From Lama guanicoe (Eukaryota): DNA of 64,000 bases. Positions 27,110-38,739 of the stretch are shown in pieces (positions within the stretch are counted from its first letter, which is position 1; each line of letters begins with the position of its first letter). Under the pieces are notes generated by a model. It did not search any database and was not told the origin of the DNA. It saw only the letters and a list, made by a program, of their open reading frames with translations. A program made the translations under genes and the position numbers. The stretch spans positions 223,098 through 287,097 of the forward strand of contig MU054096.1 in the NCBI GenBank assembly GCA_013239625.1. Reading direction: 5' to 3'.

Positions 27110-27610
27110 ATGTAGTGTGCCCTTGTGTAGGTCTTCTCCCTGAATTCGGGCAGAACCTACGACCTACTTCTAATGATCAGAACGTGGCAAAGCTGACGAT
27201 TATGTCACATTACACAGGACTTTATCTTAGCAGACCAGAATGTGGGGCTTTAGCCTAATTACACTGAAGAAGCAAACCATCTCTGGCCTGTGGAGTGGGC
27301 CATGTGTCAGAGACCTCTAGGACCTACAGGTGGTCCTCAGCCGAGAGCTGGTGAGCAGGTGGGTCCTAAAACCACAAGGCATTGAATTTTGCCAACAGTT
27401 TGAGTTAACCAGGAGGTGAATTCTTCCTCAGTCCAAACTTTAGTTGAGACTGCAGCCTGCCAAGATGTTGAGTGCAGACTGTCAGACTCTGAGAGGGTCA
27501 GTTAAGCTATTTCCAGACTCCTGATCCATGGAAATGGTGAGATAATAAATACGCATAGCTGTAGGCTACTAAGCGGTAACTTGTTACACAGCAACAGAAA
27601 AACAACACAA
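27110..27610 (+). mobile_element. MaLR LTR (MLT1-like) inside an L2 fragment
   Basis: 3' end aacttgttacacagcaacagaaaaacaacaca; L2-like flanks (~26440-27080, 27620-27790). Confidence 0.7.
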
Positions 27611-27848
27611 GCAACTAAGATGTTTGTGTTGTAGTCCAGGCAAAAGATGACAGTGAGTAGCCATGGAGATGGGGAGAAGTAGTCTGATTTGAGATGTGTT
27701 TTGAACATAGAGTTTATAGATTTTGCCAATTACTTTTGCCAATAGTTTGGATGTGGCACGTGTGAGAAGAAAGCAGTTCAAGATACTCCATACATCCAAA
27801 TATTCCACTTATAAACATACAAATATTCCATTTATAAAAATCAATTAA

Positions 27849-28485
27849 GGGGGAGGATAGAGCTCAGTGGTAGAGTGTGTGCTCAGCATGCATGAGGTCC
27901 TGGGTTTAATCCCCAGTCCCTCCATTAAAAATAAATAAGTAAATAAATGAATCTAATTACCCTCCCCCACCAAAAGTCAATTGATTTCTATTTTGCTCGT
28001 CTTATAAACCACGTCTTCCGAACCCCTGCTGACATGCTGCTGCACCCTTCCAGCAATGTACTTGACCCTCTGCCTATACATCAAGTTCCCTTCGGCGAAA
28101 GCTCCCTCCGGCAGGAGAGTTGCTTAAGTGTTTACTCCCTGTCTTTGTCAGTCCAGGCAGCTGTACCAGGACTCCATGACTGGGTGGATTACAAACAACA
28201 GACATTTATTTCTCATAGCTCTAGAGGCTGGGCCCTCCAAGGTCAAGGCACCAGCAGATTCAGAGTCTGGTTCACAAATGGCTGCCTCCTTGCTGTGTCC
28301 TCAATGGGAGGAGAGGCAAAGGAGCTCTGTGGGGTCTCTTTTGTGAGGGCACTAATCCCATTGGCGAGGAGTCCATCCTCATGACCTAATCACCTCCCAA
28401 ATGCCCCACCCCAAATGCCATCACACTGGGGGTTAGATTTCTATATATGAATTTTGGTTGAAGAGAGACATCCAGTCTCTAGCAC
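27849..28485. mobile_element. vic-1-type SINE (27849-27975, +) and MLT1-like LTR (28140-28485, -)
   Basis: SINE boxes and TSD aaaa(a/g)tcaatt; MaLR motifs catttatttctcatagctctagaggctgg and atgacctaatcacctccc. Confidence 0.8.
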
Positions 28486-28519
28486 TCCCCTAGCACGTTG
28501 CTCAGAAATCTCTCACAGC

Positions 28520-28765
28520 TCTTGTCTCCTGAACTGTGATATACAATGTAATACACAAGGCAGGTGTCTCATGGTTCTCAGCTTTATGCTCCAAAAGCCT
28601 GCAGCAGAGTCTGAGACATCTAGAAAATATTCAAAAGTCGATGCATGAATCCTGGCAGTTATTGTGGGAACATCTGAAATCATCAGATTTAACTGTATTT
28701 TACCTGATTCTGTCTTCTCATATCAACGAAGTTCCTCTCACTATATGATCAACTAAAGCAGAAAA
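28520..28765 (+). pseudogene. PLAT relic segment F
   Basis: ORF 28536-28748 gives AGVSWFSALCSKSL...HESWQLLWEHLKSSDLTVFYL, resembling a PLAT C-terminal half. Confidence 0.55.
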
Positions 28766-29002
28766 TGTGTGTACTCATGTATTATCTGATACATGAATGT
28801 GTATGGAAAATAGACTGCAGTGTAATCATTTGATAGTGGTAACTTCATAAATAATACTATTACTCATGTTACATATACTGTGTGCATGTGCTTGTTTACA
28901 TGTGTGCGTGAAAGACAGAGAGGATTCTATAATCTGAAAAAGCCATTTTTAATCCAATTTGAATTGCAGATCCAGCATTTACCTTCTTGATTTGTTTTCT
29001 AG

Positions 29003-30049
29003 CCGTGTACAAGGATAAAGGCGAAATTTTAGGAAGACCTTTGAGACTGATACTTCAACTACTCAAGAATGTACAAAAGGGATAAGATAGATGCGGAGTC
29101 TCTTTTAAAAAGGAAAGGAATGTTCCAATATAAAAAATATGGTATTTGTGGGCTACGGTTTGTTCAAACACACCGGGGTGACTTTCCAGGCTTCAGTCCA
29201 ATTGTATGATGTATTCGGAAGCCTTGTGCCTACTCATAAAAATGTCTCAGATCAAAAGACTTTGAAAATTGTCTAGGGGCTTTAACTGTTCTGAGCACAG
29301 CAATGTTGGCCATTTCATTTTGGGACCAAAGATTCAACACTGAACCATATACGCCAATGATTATAGTTTCTCCAGTTGAAGAAAGTACATACACACACAC
29401 ACACACAGACACACACATCTCCCTCCTAAATGTGGAAGTAACCATGAAGGATTAGAGGAGCCTGTCTGAGTTAGTTCATCATATTTTACTCTTATCATTC
29501 TGGGACACCCAAACTCTTCAGTAAATCACCAATACATAATTGCTGTCACTTGGCAAACTTTTTGGCAATGGGACTTATGACCTGGAGCATGATGGAATGT
29601 CTGTCTCTCTGGTTAAAGATGATCAGCACTGTGGTGTTCACACAAGTTGAAAAACAATGTCATACACATGAAATTTACATAACGTTATGAACCAATGTGA
29701 CCTCAATTAAAAAAAAAAAACTTGCTCAAAGCAGCCCATTACTTTGGTTAGAGTAATTCAGATTGGGACCAAGACATAAACACCAAGCACAGAAGAAAGC
29801 CAGGCCTGAAAGCAACTGAAAGGGTTTTCCATGGATGAAATCAAGAAGCAGAACAAATCCAGGCTGCTCAAAAGGTCACGTAGTCTAAACTTAGTTCTTA
29901 GACGAAGATGAAAATTTACCCATTGATAACGATGGATGTATCTTGAAGTATGGGTTGAAACTACCCTAGAGAACTACCCAATGGTCATTCTCAACATTTG
30001 ACCTGTGGTACCTTATAAACATTCAAACAACTGTCATTGCTGAAAATGG
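29003..30049 (+). pseudogene. PLAT relic segment G (large exon: two repeats and the start of a third)
   Basis: MVFVGYGLFKHTGVTFQASVQLYDVFGSLVPTH; LF/EHSNVGHFILG/TKDSTLNHIRQ; LLNVEVT; HQYIIAVT/GKLFGNGTYD; SKQPITLVRVIQIG; GFSMDEIK; FLDEDE..DG; WYLINIQTTVIAENG|gtaaga. Confidence 0.8.
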
Positions 30050-30189
30050 GTAAGAATTTGAATCCCCTCATAGTTCTACCAGTGACTCTGCCAAGGGACT
30101 ACACCATTCAGAGCCATGAAGAATGCCATTTAAAATACACATGCTTGTGAAATGGGGGAAAAGTCAGTAGGTGAAGATGTGGAGTGAGA

Positions 30190-32400
30190 CTCTAATGACT
30201 TCTATATAAAGACATGTGGGTTGAACATATTCCTCTTAAAATCTGACTGCAGCATCAATAAAAATAGCCTAAAGAGTATATCCACAATGGTGGAGAAGAA
30301 AAGGAAATTGAGAAACAGAATTTTGGAGACAAGAAGACAAGCAGTCAAGCGGCAAACAAACTGGCAAACTCAAAAAAGCTGAATCTTCAACCAACAGTGG
30401 GAAAAGCTAGCTTAAGATCACATTGCGTCACAATGTCCAAGAAGCAATGAAATTGTGTGGAAGTGGGAGGTGAACAGAATGTTGATGCAAGGAGCCTGGT
30501 TGAAGAGTGTTTGAAAAGCAGTTGGGTCCCCATATCCCCTCTTGCCCTCCATGTGCTTGGGCAAGATGCCCATCCCCAGCCCTGGCAGAAGTCTGGACGT
30601 TTATTCTCTGGAGAGGATAAAACAAAGGGTCTCTTTATTTGAGTAATAGCATACACAGTTGAGCAGAAGGGCTCATGACAAAGAAAAGACTAAGTGAAGA
30701 AACAGTATTCTAAGATGTTCCCCACCTACCTGTCCGACCCTCTACTCTAGGAATGTCGGCAATCAGACCTGTACTTGACTCTGAGCAGGAGATTGAAGGA
30801 GTCTGTTTTGGAGAAATTCAACTGGCTTAATAGAAAAGACCCAAATATACTGACCAGTCATCACACACATTCAGAGTTTCCAGTCAGCTTTTGAGTCTAC
30901 CATTATTAAACACAAATGGAAAAATTAATGATACCAACATCCAAGGAAAATCTCTAATATAAAGAATATGGGGGTGGGGGGGAGCCACTTAGACAAAACA
31001 CTATGCAGGAAGGATAAAACTTCAAGTTAATATTATTAATACCCTTAGACAGATAAGGACATACTGTATCCATGAAACAGGAATGAAATGCAATTGAAGA
31101 CAGAAAACAAAAAAATGCAAATAGGTTTTGAAAAAAGTAATAACATTATAGCAGAAATGAAAAACCTCAATAGAAGAATTAAAAGATAAAATCTAGGAAA
31201 ACTCCCAGAAAGTGGAACCAAAATACAGACAGGGAAAATAGAAAATAAAACATACTAGAGAGAGGATAAATCACAGACATCCAACAACTAATTCGCAGGA
31301 GTTCCAGAAAAAGTGGGAAATAGAGGAGAGGAAATTGTCAAAGAAATGAATCAAGAACATATTCCAGAACTAAAGGGCACAATTTCCGGATGGAGAGATC
31401 CCACCAAAAGCCAGGACAATAGATGAAAACAAACTCATGTCAAGGCTTATTATTGTGAAATTTCATAACAGAACAAAAGGAAGATCCCCAAATCTTTCAA
31501 TATGTAAAAAATAAGTAATACACAAAGGGGCGGTTTTCAGAAGAGCAGTGGATTTTCCAAGAGAGCCCTAGGACCTAGAAAATAATGGATCAATGTCTTC
31601 AACATTCTGAAAGAAAATGAGTTCCACCTAGAATTCCAGCGGGGAGGGTGTAGCTCAGTGGTAGAGCGCATGCCTAGCATGCCCGGGGTCTTGGGTTCAA
31701 TCCCCAGTGCCTCCATCAAATAAATAAATAAGTAGGTAAACCTAATTACCTCCCCCTATAAAAAAAAAATTAAAAAAATGTTGCCGTTGAATTTGATAGG
31801 TTCCCTGATACACTTGAATGTAGTCACAGAAGACATATTCTTCTGGAAGAGAGTTTGCAGATAAATTAACATTGCATAGCAAATTAGGAAAATGAAAAAG
31901 TGAGGTAATTATTATATCCAGAGAAAGCTAGAAGTTATTCCAGCAAGAAAATCTAATCAGTATATTACATGGCTCAACGGTGGGTAATATGACGTAATTA
32001 ACTGATTATAAATCAAGTTTACCAAAGTCTGTGCCTTAAGTAGGATGTCGGAGAGAAAGTATTTGCCTATGAGAAAGAGATAGAATCTCTCATATTAGGA
32101 AGTCAAGAGATTACCTCTAAAAGGGGAAAAAATCAAGAAACAGCAGGGTAGGGTGGAGGGTGGAGCTCAGTGGTACAGCACGTACCTAACACGCACGACG
32201 TCCCGGGTTCAATCCCCAGTACTTCCATTAATAAATAAACAAATAACCTAATTACCCACCCCCCCCAAAATAAATAAATAACAAAAATATTATAAAATTT
32301 GGCTAAAAAAAAAAAAAAAAAAAGAAAGTGATTACCCACCCCCCCCAAAATAAATAAATAACAAAAATATTATAAAATTTGGCTAAAAAAAAAAAAAAAG
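30190..32400 (+). mobile_element. Old L1ME-like 5'/ORF1 fragment with SINEs at 31641-31780 and 32150-32400
   Basis: Decayed ORF1-like A-rich sequence (ggagttccagaa...tattgtgaaatttc); two SINE consensus matches. Confidence 0.7.
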
Positions 32401-32739
32401 AAATAGCAGGGTAAGCCTGTTACCTAGATGTAAAGTGGAAAATATCAGAGCAGCTGAACGGGTAAACACGGCTGCCTTTAAGGACTGGGACCTGGGAAGG
32501 AAGGCAGAGGGTTGCTCTTTTCCACAAGAAGCTTCATTTTTACTTTTTAAAATAACGTACCCATACAACTCTGAGAAAAATGAAAACCTATGAAAGAAAA
32601 ATCATCTCTCAGAGTACCTGGTTTGTAATACACAGCTAAGAAATTTGTTTGTTTTTCAATAAGAGGAGGAAAATTAGATGTTGGCTGAAGTCCTTTTGCA
32701 CAGGAGGAAGGAAGTGACCCAGAAATGGCACTGAGGAGC

Positions 32740-33018
32740 ACGCCGTCCAAGAGCACATGACAAGATCACATCCTCTGAAATTATGTGGGCTTTACTGGGT
32801 CGTAACTCAGGCACGGCCAGGGAACAATCTGTCCTTGTTGGTCCAGCAAGTCTGTCTTGGTCCAGCAAGTCTGTCAAGACACAAATCAATGATGCAATTT
32901 GAGCAAAGACCTCATGTGCCACGCAGGCGTAGTAAATCCATTCACTTGGCCCCAATGGAACATGAGACTGGTCAGAATTATGAGACCAGTTAATAAAACA
33001 GGTGATGAAATGGATCAG
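32740..33018 (+). pseudogene. PLAT relic segment H
   Basis: SEIMWALLGRNSGT / SLSRHKSMMQFEQR / CHAGVVNPFTWPQWNMRLVRIMRPVNKTGDE. Confidence 0.55.
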
Positions 33019-33684
33019 GTGCTCCTGCAGAGTTCACCTGGACCTGTTCTCAACCTCAATGGCACACTAGACTCATCTGGGGAGATCTGAAGCATCCTGA
33101 TGCCCACCACATTAAATCAGAACCTTCTGCCCAGTACCTCAAGTGATTCTGACATGCAGTCAGGTGGAGAACCGCCACCCTAGGGGATGAGTTCGTAAGA
33201 CTAGGCTAGCTGCCCTCTCCCAGATCTCACCGGAGCCCAGGGAGAGGTAGAGAGATGTACATCCAATCAGGAGAGAACATGGGTACCACCCCCCCCGCCC
33301 CCGCCCCCTCGATATCAGCCGCAAACTGCATCTCTAGCCCAACCTCTCCCCCCTCGGTCCAGGTGTATGAATGTGGCTTCTGGGTAACCTTAGGGCACAC
33401 ACAGCAGGGTCCCGCCTTCCCTCCTTCATCCCCCCTCAGCAGAACAGGAGCTCTGATTGGTCAAAATCGGAGACACTGATGGGCGGAGGGCCTGGAAGGC
33501 AGATCCCAGGCTCTGTCCTTTCTGCTGTACTCCCAGCACCCAGGGAAGTAGACCATGTTTCTGTTTCTAGGCCACTGGTCTTCACGGGGTGGGCTCAGGC
33601 CCACTGGGCCCCTCCAGGTCAACATCTCTGCGTGCGGGACTGGGGCCTCTTATGAAAACCCAGTGAGTGGGGGGCAGGACACTG

Positions 33685-34130
33685 CCCTAGTCTGCTCAGG
33701 CTGTCATAACAAAATACCATAGGTTGGTGACTTCACGGAAATGTATTTTCTCATAGTTCTGGAGGCTGGAAGTCTGAGAGGAGGGTGAGAGCTCTCTTCT
33801 TGGCTCACAGACGGCCACCTTCCTGCTATGTCCTCGCAAGACCCTCACAAGACCTCTTCTTTGTGGATAAGTGGGGAGACAGAGGGCAGGACGAGAAGGA
33901 GAGACAGAGAGAGGGAGAGAGAGACTGGGTGCCAGGGAGGGGGCGGGAGACGGACAAATAGACGTCTGTCTGGTATCTCTTCTTACAAGGGTATTGATCC
34001 CAACATGAGGGCCCCACCCTGATGAGCTCATAAAAACTTAAGTATCTTCCAAAGGCCCCATCATCACACTGGGGGTTGGACCTTTAACACAGGAATTTCG
34101 GGGGCAGGGGACACAAACATTCAGTCCTCA
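33685..34130 (-). mobile_element. MaLR LTR (MLT1/MST-like)
   Basis: tagtctgctcaggctgtcataacaaaataccataggttgg...cacaaacattcagtcc. Confidence 0.8.
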
Positions 34131-35379
34131 AGGGCTGCCTTAGGCCTCAGGCCTGGGTCTTGCCTCCGGGTTTTGCCTGGGTTTTGGTTGACCCTCAGTA
34201 ACTGGAATGCCCAGCCAGGCATTCATCTTGGGTGTGCCCCCCCACCAGTTCAGAACTCCAAAGCGAATGAATGGGAGACTTGAGCTCTAAATCTGCTCCG
34301 GGATGCGCAGTTTGCAGGGAAACTGCAGGCTGGGCCCGCCACTACCCTGATGGCCTGAGAGAGCAGCTGGAGTTTTCCATTCTCTTCCCCAATCAATCAG
34401 CATATGAATTTCGAATACAAAGCAGGATGTCGTGCTAAGGGCTTAAGGAGGAAGACCCGCTCCTTGCTCACAAAGCAGGGGTGACATTCAAAATATTTAA
34501 CAATGATGGGAGCGTGGGCAACGCCTACCACTGACCTTGAACCACACAGGCATCTGGGACCCTAGTCCTTCCAGCAGTCAAAACCCCGCGTGTAACTTTA
34601 CAATCGGCCTTCCCGATCTGAGGCTTCGCATCCTTAAATTCAACCAACCCCAGAGCGTGTAGCGCTGCAGTGTTTACTGATGGAAAAAATCAGTAGACCT
34701 GTGCAGTTCCAACCTGTGTTGTTCAAGGGTCGAGTGTATTTACAAGTCAGTATAGGCGTATTTCACTATAGTAGCGGTATGAATAGTAACACCAGTGCAC
34801 TCCAGCTAATATGAGCCTTGCTCCTGCCAGGTGTGCATTGGGATTCAGGAATGCAATGAAGAATGCAAAGGATGCGGGAGAAAACCAAGCTGGGCCTCTC
34901 GCCCCCGCCCCTTCCTTTCCCCTTTCTGCACTGTATCTGGATTCCTCCAGGGAGGCCCAGCCACAGGAGGGTCCAGGCCCAGAGTCAGCGCCCAGAGTTA
35001 ATTATAAGCCTGAATCGGGGCCTCCCGGACAGGCCCTGGCTTGGGAAATAGAAAAGTGGAAAGAAAAAGAGGTTCTTCAATTCCGCTGGAGTCAGGGCGG
35101 GTCACGGGCAGAGTGACGAGGAGGCTCTTAATTCGAGTTGCCTCAAATTACATCTGTCCACACATGCATGCAAAGTACCACTTACAAAATAAATGAGGTG
35201 AATTTCTCTTTAGGGGTTCCCTTTCATCTCAGGGTTTCAAAGCCCTTTGCCACAAAATTCCCATCTTTACTCATTTTCTCATCTAAATATAAACCAGGAG
35301 CCCTCAGGGTTAAGGTTCCGTAAAGCCCTTTGAACTTCTGCAAAGTACCAAAGAAAAACAATTATTTTATCGTTAGAAG

Positions 35380-35792
35380 AGCCAAGTGGCCATCCGAGGA
35401 CCGCACAGCCAGGAAGCTCTCCTTTGGTTGAAAGGCCACACCTCCCATCAGAGGACCGGCTTGCTAATTAAAATCACAATGAAAATCAGCAGGGGAGAGG
35501 GAGAGGGGTGTGACTCAACGCCTTACCCAGAAACAGAAACACTCACAACTGACTCACTTAGGATATATCGGATTTTTCTCCAGCAGGCGTTTGAAACACA
35601 GAAAGGAAATTCGAGTCCCGGCCGCCCTGCATCTACTGACCCAGTAAACTCCGTGTTTGTGTCGGTGACACATCCCTGACTCCCAGCCACCTCAGCAGAG
35701 TCCCCGGTCTCATGCGGATGGGAAGCTTGAGTGTTGTTTGCATACGCGTTTTTAAGCAAAGGAAAGTCTCTGAATCGCCCGGATTCCAGCAG
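35380..35792 (+). pseudogene. PLAT relic segment I
   Basis: VAIRGPHSQEALLWL, then IYRIFLQ...[14 protein letters not shown]; donor CAG|gtgagt at 35792. Confidence 0.55.
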
Positions 35793-36769
35793 GTGAGTCA
35801 TTAATGGGTGTTTGTTTCTTGGGTTCTGGGTTTGAGTCACCGCCTTCCTGCTGTTGGTCTTCTCAGTGGGGGGGGGGAGGGGTAACGGGTGAAAAAGACT
35901 GAACAGAAAGAGGAGCATCTTTTCCTGTGCTCTGGCCATCTGGATGTCTTGGGAGAGATGTCCAGTTAGGTCTTCTGCCCACTTTTGGATCGGGTTGCTT
36001 GTTTTTCTGATATTCAGCTGTATGAGCTGTTTGTATATTTGGAAATTAGTCCCTTGTCAGTTACAACGGACGTCTCTGATGCTCGGAAGGCACCTGGGAG
36101 TTCAGTGCAGCAGCCGTTCTTTTCTTGTAAGCAAGTATAAATTTATAAATAACAGTGGGAAAGAGGAAGAGAACTAAGTCTCGAGGATGTGATTGAGATC
36201 AACGGAAGTCAAGTTCAGAGGAAGTAAAAACAGACAACTGCCTGTTGGTCGTCTGGCTGGCTGGAGGAGGCTGGAGCTGGGGGTGTTAACCAGGCTCCGT
36301 GTGCTGCCCCCTCACCGGCTCCGCAGCCTGGGTGGGGAGGAGGTGGGGCTGCCGAAACCACTGAATAATTCTGGAATCCAAAAGACTGTCCTGGATTTGG
36401 AAGGCCGTCTTCCGGATGTCTCTCCCCTCAGTGCCCTGCTGGGCACCATTTATTCCTGGAAAGGGCTTGGAGATCACTCAGAATTTTACAGCAGGGAACC
36501 TTTTACAAGGTCCCAGTGCCATGCGGGGACCACGTGCCAAACACCACCCACTTGGAAAACTGCGATCAGTTTGGGCCACCCCCACAGCTAGTTTTGTTTT
36601 GTTTATTTTAAATACCTTTATTGTGGTATGGTTCCTGTACAGTCTACAGTCAACTACACACATTTCAGATGTATGATCTGACGAATTTTGATACATATCT
36701 ACACCAATGAAACCACTGCCACAATTAAGATAGCTAACATTTCCATCACTCCCCAAGAGGTGCAATTTT

Positions 36770-37632
36770 TGAATTTCCAGTTTATTCCTTCCCACCCTCT
36801 TTAACACCAGGTAACCATAAGTTTGTTCTCTATGTTTGAGTCTGTTTCTGTTTTGAAGATAAGTTCATTTGTGCCCCTTTACTTAGATTCCACATATAAG
36901 TGATATCATGTGGCATTTTTCTCTTTCTGGCTTACTTCACTTAGAATGATGATCTCCAGGTCCATTCATGTTGCTGCAAATGGCATTATGTTGTCAGTTT
37001 TTATGGCTGAGTAGTATTCCATTGTGTATAAATATACCACAACTTCTTTATCCAGTCATCTGTCAGTGGACATTTGGATTGTTTCCATGCTTTGACTACT
37101 GTAAATAGTGTTGCTATGAACATTGGGATGCATGTGTCTTTTTTAATTATATTTTTCTCTGGATATATGCCCAGGAGTGGGATTGCTGGATCATATGGGA
37201 AGTCTGCTTTTAGTTTTTTAAGGAACCTCCATACTGTCCTCCATGGTGGCTGCACCAATTTATATTCCCACCAACAGTGTAGGGAGGTTCCCTTTTCTCC
37301 ACACCCTCTCCAGCATTTATCCTTTGTAGACTTTTTAATGATGGCCAGTCTGACTGGTGTGAGGCGATATCTCACTGTGGTTTTGATTTAATCTCTCTAA
37401 CAATAAGTGATGTTGAGCAGCTTTTCACGTGCTTCTGGCCATCTGGATGTCTTTGGAGAGATGTCTAGTTAGGTCTTCTGCTCATTTTTTGATTGGGTTA
37501 CTTGTTTGTTTGATATTAAGCTGTATGAGCTGTTTGTATGTCTTAGAAATTAGTCTCTTGTCAGTCACATCATTTGCAAATATTTTCCTCCATTCTGTGG
37601 GTTGTCTTTTTGTTTTGTTGATGGTATCCTTA
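36770..37632 (-). mobile_element. Young L1 ORF2 C-terminus and 3'UTR
   Basis: ORF 37001-37375 ([40 protein letters not shown]) is the L1 ORF2 C-terminal cysteine-rich region. Confidence 0.95.
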
Positions 37633-37689
37633 GCTGCTCCGACAGCTAATTTTTATGTCAGTGATATTGACTGACCAATCAAGCCACTT

Positions 37690-38235
37690 ACAGGGACTGA
37701 AAAATAACAGGTGGTCACGAGACAAATGAACAGATTTTGAGCTGTGGACAGCTGGACAAGATTTGATTCAGGGAAGGCATCTGACGACAGGCATTCGAGT
37801 TTCCCTTTCAGTAAGCAGAGAGATTGCAAAAGTGAAAAGAGCTTTAACTTTTCAAAGTCAGTGTGGGACCTTTCTGTGTGAAAAACAGGGCCCCTGCCCT
37901 CACATTCCAAACGTCAGCCAACCTACACAAATCCTTGGCAGAAAAACGAATAAAACGCAACTCTAATGTCACTCTATGACAAGTCATAACGGAAGGAAGA
38001 AGAATTATTTGATTCAGAACATTCTCACTTTGGGGAGAAGAACTTATAATACACCTCAGCAGCCAATGGAAAACACCAAGATTGTAAACTTGCAGCTCTT
38101 TTTCTGGGACCTTGACATTTTAAAATAAAAGGCTCAATTGTTTGCAGAATACTTTTCACATTAATGTCTCCGTTTTTTTGCTTTCAAGATAATTATCTGT
38201 GGATATTGCAGAACTTCCTGAGCTGCCCGTTTGCC
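37690..38235 (+). pseudogene. PLAT relic segment J (one and a half repeats)
   Basis: KITGGHETNEQILSCGQLDKI*FREGI*RQAFEFPF; VWDLSV*KTG ... NATLMSLYDKS*RKEEELFDSEHSHFGE; FWDLDIL; VFLLSR*LSVDIAELPELPV. Confidence 0.8.
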
Positions 38236-38739
38236 GTAGGCACATGCACTTGAAAGATGCGTACACCAAAAACTTTTCCAAAACAAAACAAAGACAGCGC
38301 ACAGTCTTGACTGTGAATTTTTGCTTGATTAACCTGTTAACCTCTCAAAAAAGTGAAGACATGGAATCTGACTGTGGCAGATGGTGTCTTTCCCCTTCTT
38401 TAAAACTGTAATAGAAAAGAACCAATCTGACTCCATATTAGATCTGTTCCTTTGACTTTAACCCTGTGCTCTGTTTTCTCGGCTTAGTCTGGCTGTTTCT
38501 GCACCTTTTGTCAAAGAATGTTGCCCAGAGCCTGAAATATAAACTGAACTCATTGTTGGAGAGGCGAGACTGAGAAAGTACCGGCTGTTTTTGAGTTTTT
38601 AGTTCCATCTTTCCCTAGGATCATTCAGCTTGTCTTAAGGCTCAGGCTACCCCAGAATCCTTTTAAAAAATTATCACCATCACCCTTTATTTTGTTTGTT
38701 TGTTTAAGCTACTTAGGTTTCTAATACATCTCCAAGTCC

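Noticed and set aside
28960..29380. DKGEIL and FQASVQLYD as CATSPERE-like motifs
   Set aside because: Spacing is incompatible, and the surrounding frames fit the PLAT consensus instead.
37001..37674. ORFs of 81-124 aa as host genes (also 47950-48270, 51706-52156, 60433-60615)
   Set aside because: These are L1 ORF2 fragments or their antisense frames.
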